From Theionarchaea archaeon (GTDB lineage: Archaea > Methanobacteriota_B > Thermococci > Methanofastidiosales > SZ-28-30), in contig JACVGT010000021.1 of NCBI GenBank assembly GCA_018992685.1, positions 64,001 to 128,000 of the forward strand: a stretch of DNA of 64,000 bases, written 5' to 3'. The notes under the pieces were generated by a model, which did no database searches, was not told the DNA's origin, and saw only the letters and a program-made list of their open reading frames with translations. Positions within the stretch are counted from its first letter, which is position 1; the number at the start of each line of letters is the position of its first letter. Below are positions 63,104-64,000 of this stretch, piece by piece. Made by a program: the position numbers and the translations under genes.

Positions 63104-64000
63104 GTTTTCCTCCAGCTTCTTCAATAGGAAAGCGAAAATCATACATATTTCGAATCCAGAAAGAACTGCCCCTCGATCTGACCTCGTGCATTCTGGGTTC
63201 TTCCCACAGTGGAGCCAAAACACTGCGCAATTCGGTGTCTCTACTAATGAATGCATTTGGCAAGACAATGTCAGGCATGTGAAATCCTGATAAAATACTT
63301 ACAGCCAGTAGGTATTGTTCATTATAGAAGCGATTTCTCAGTCGTGTGTCGTAATCATAGGGAAGAAAAACGTCATGGAATTCCACAAATATATTTGCCT
63401 TCAATCTCGGTAATATGTCGAGGAAGATGACAGTTACATCAGAGTTCATGAAACATTGATGGGAACCATCTATGAAAAGAATATCACCCTCCTGCAGCTC
63501 ATTAAAAAGAGCTAGATCAGTATCCTGAAGATATGTCCGGACAGGGCGATCGCAAAGCTCATCGATCTGTTCTCTGGGGGCAGGATCGAATGAAGTGATT
63601 TCTGTCTGTAGCCCATAATCTGCAATTGTTTTTCTGGCAAACTTTGTGGACCATCCTGAGCCGATTTCATAATAATTTCGAGGATTGTTCAGGAGGAGAA
63701 ATGAGCAAAGAGCAACGGAATCCAATCCAGAAAACCACTTATTGTTCCAGCTTGGCTCATAGGAGTTCGAATTATTTAGACCGATCGAGAAAAAGTATTC
63801 TTTGAAGCTCAGGAATTGTTCAAGAGTTTTTCTGTATACAGCTCTTTTCTGATTGATGATCTTGTAGAGAACGGGGTGAGGTTGTGCGAGGTCGTATCGC
63901 GGAATGGGTGTACCCTTATAGTCTATAGGAGCAAGTGGGTGACCACCCAGCATGGCAGCAATTCTGTAAGCCAATGAATTTTGTTCGATCAATCCTACTA
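63096..64000 (-). CDS. Class I SAM-dependent methyltransferase (Methyltransf_24-like), possibly 5'-truncated
   Basis: EIGSGWST, FIDGSH, NSDV, FHDVFLP, YNEQY; frame stays open to window end. Confidence 0.85.
   Translation of the reverse strand, partial: VGLIEQNSLAYRIAAMLGGHPLAPIDYKGTPIPRYDLAQPHPVLYKIINQKRAVYRKTLEQFLSFKEYFFSIGLNNSNSYEPSWNNKWFSGLDSVALCSFLLLNNPRNYYEIGSGWSTKFARKTIADYGLQTEITSFDPAPREQIDELCDRPVRTYLQDTDLALFNELQEGDILFIDGSHQCFMNSDVTVIFLDILPRLKANIFVEFHDVFLPYDYDTRLRNRFYNEQYLLAVSILSGFHMPDIVLPNAFISRDTELRSVLAPLWEEPRMHEVRSRGSSFWIRNMYDFRFPIEEAGGKLI

Overview
Core chromosomal segment of an anaerobic archaeon. Gene content and GGAGGTGA Shine-Dalgarno/BRE-TATA signals suggest a Thermococci-related lineage such as Theionarchaea (inference). 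In order it contains: the 3' part of a K+-dependent membrane pyrophosphatase; rpoE'-spt4-DUF359; a secreted gingipain-like C25 peptidase; a small bacterial-like islet next to tRNA-Arg(GCG); nob1/NAD kinase; XPD helicase; a cyclic 2,3-diphosphoglycerate operon (cpgS-pgk2-CBS-tandem metallophosphoesterase); the replication origin with inverted ORBs beside cdc6; a heat-shock operon (HSR/Phr-like regulator-hsp20-grpE-dnaK-dnaJ) with an HSR1-type operator; dph5; hypF; a complete Na+-type A/V-ATPase operon; an hdrC-hdrB-FeS-fumarate reductase flavoprotein operon; tRNA-Gly(CCC); an atypical isoprenyl-synthase-fold gene paired with a UbiA gene; and a glycosylation locus. Most striking: two intact genes (C25 peptidase, 2-phosphoglycerate kinase) have ACG where ATG is expected behind strong SD sequences, and tRNA-Gly has C33 instead of the near-invariant U33. 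All three are C where U is expected, pointing to non-AUG initiation, C-to-U RNA editing, or consensus errors. No CRISPR array, IS element or intein was recognised. All calls come from reading the sequence; no searches were run.
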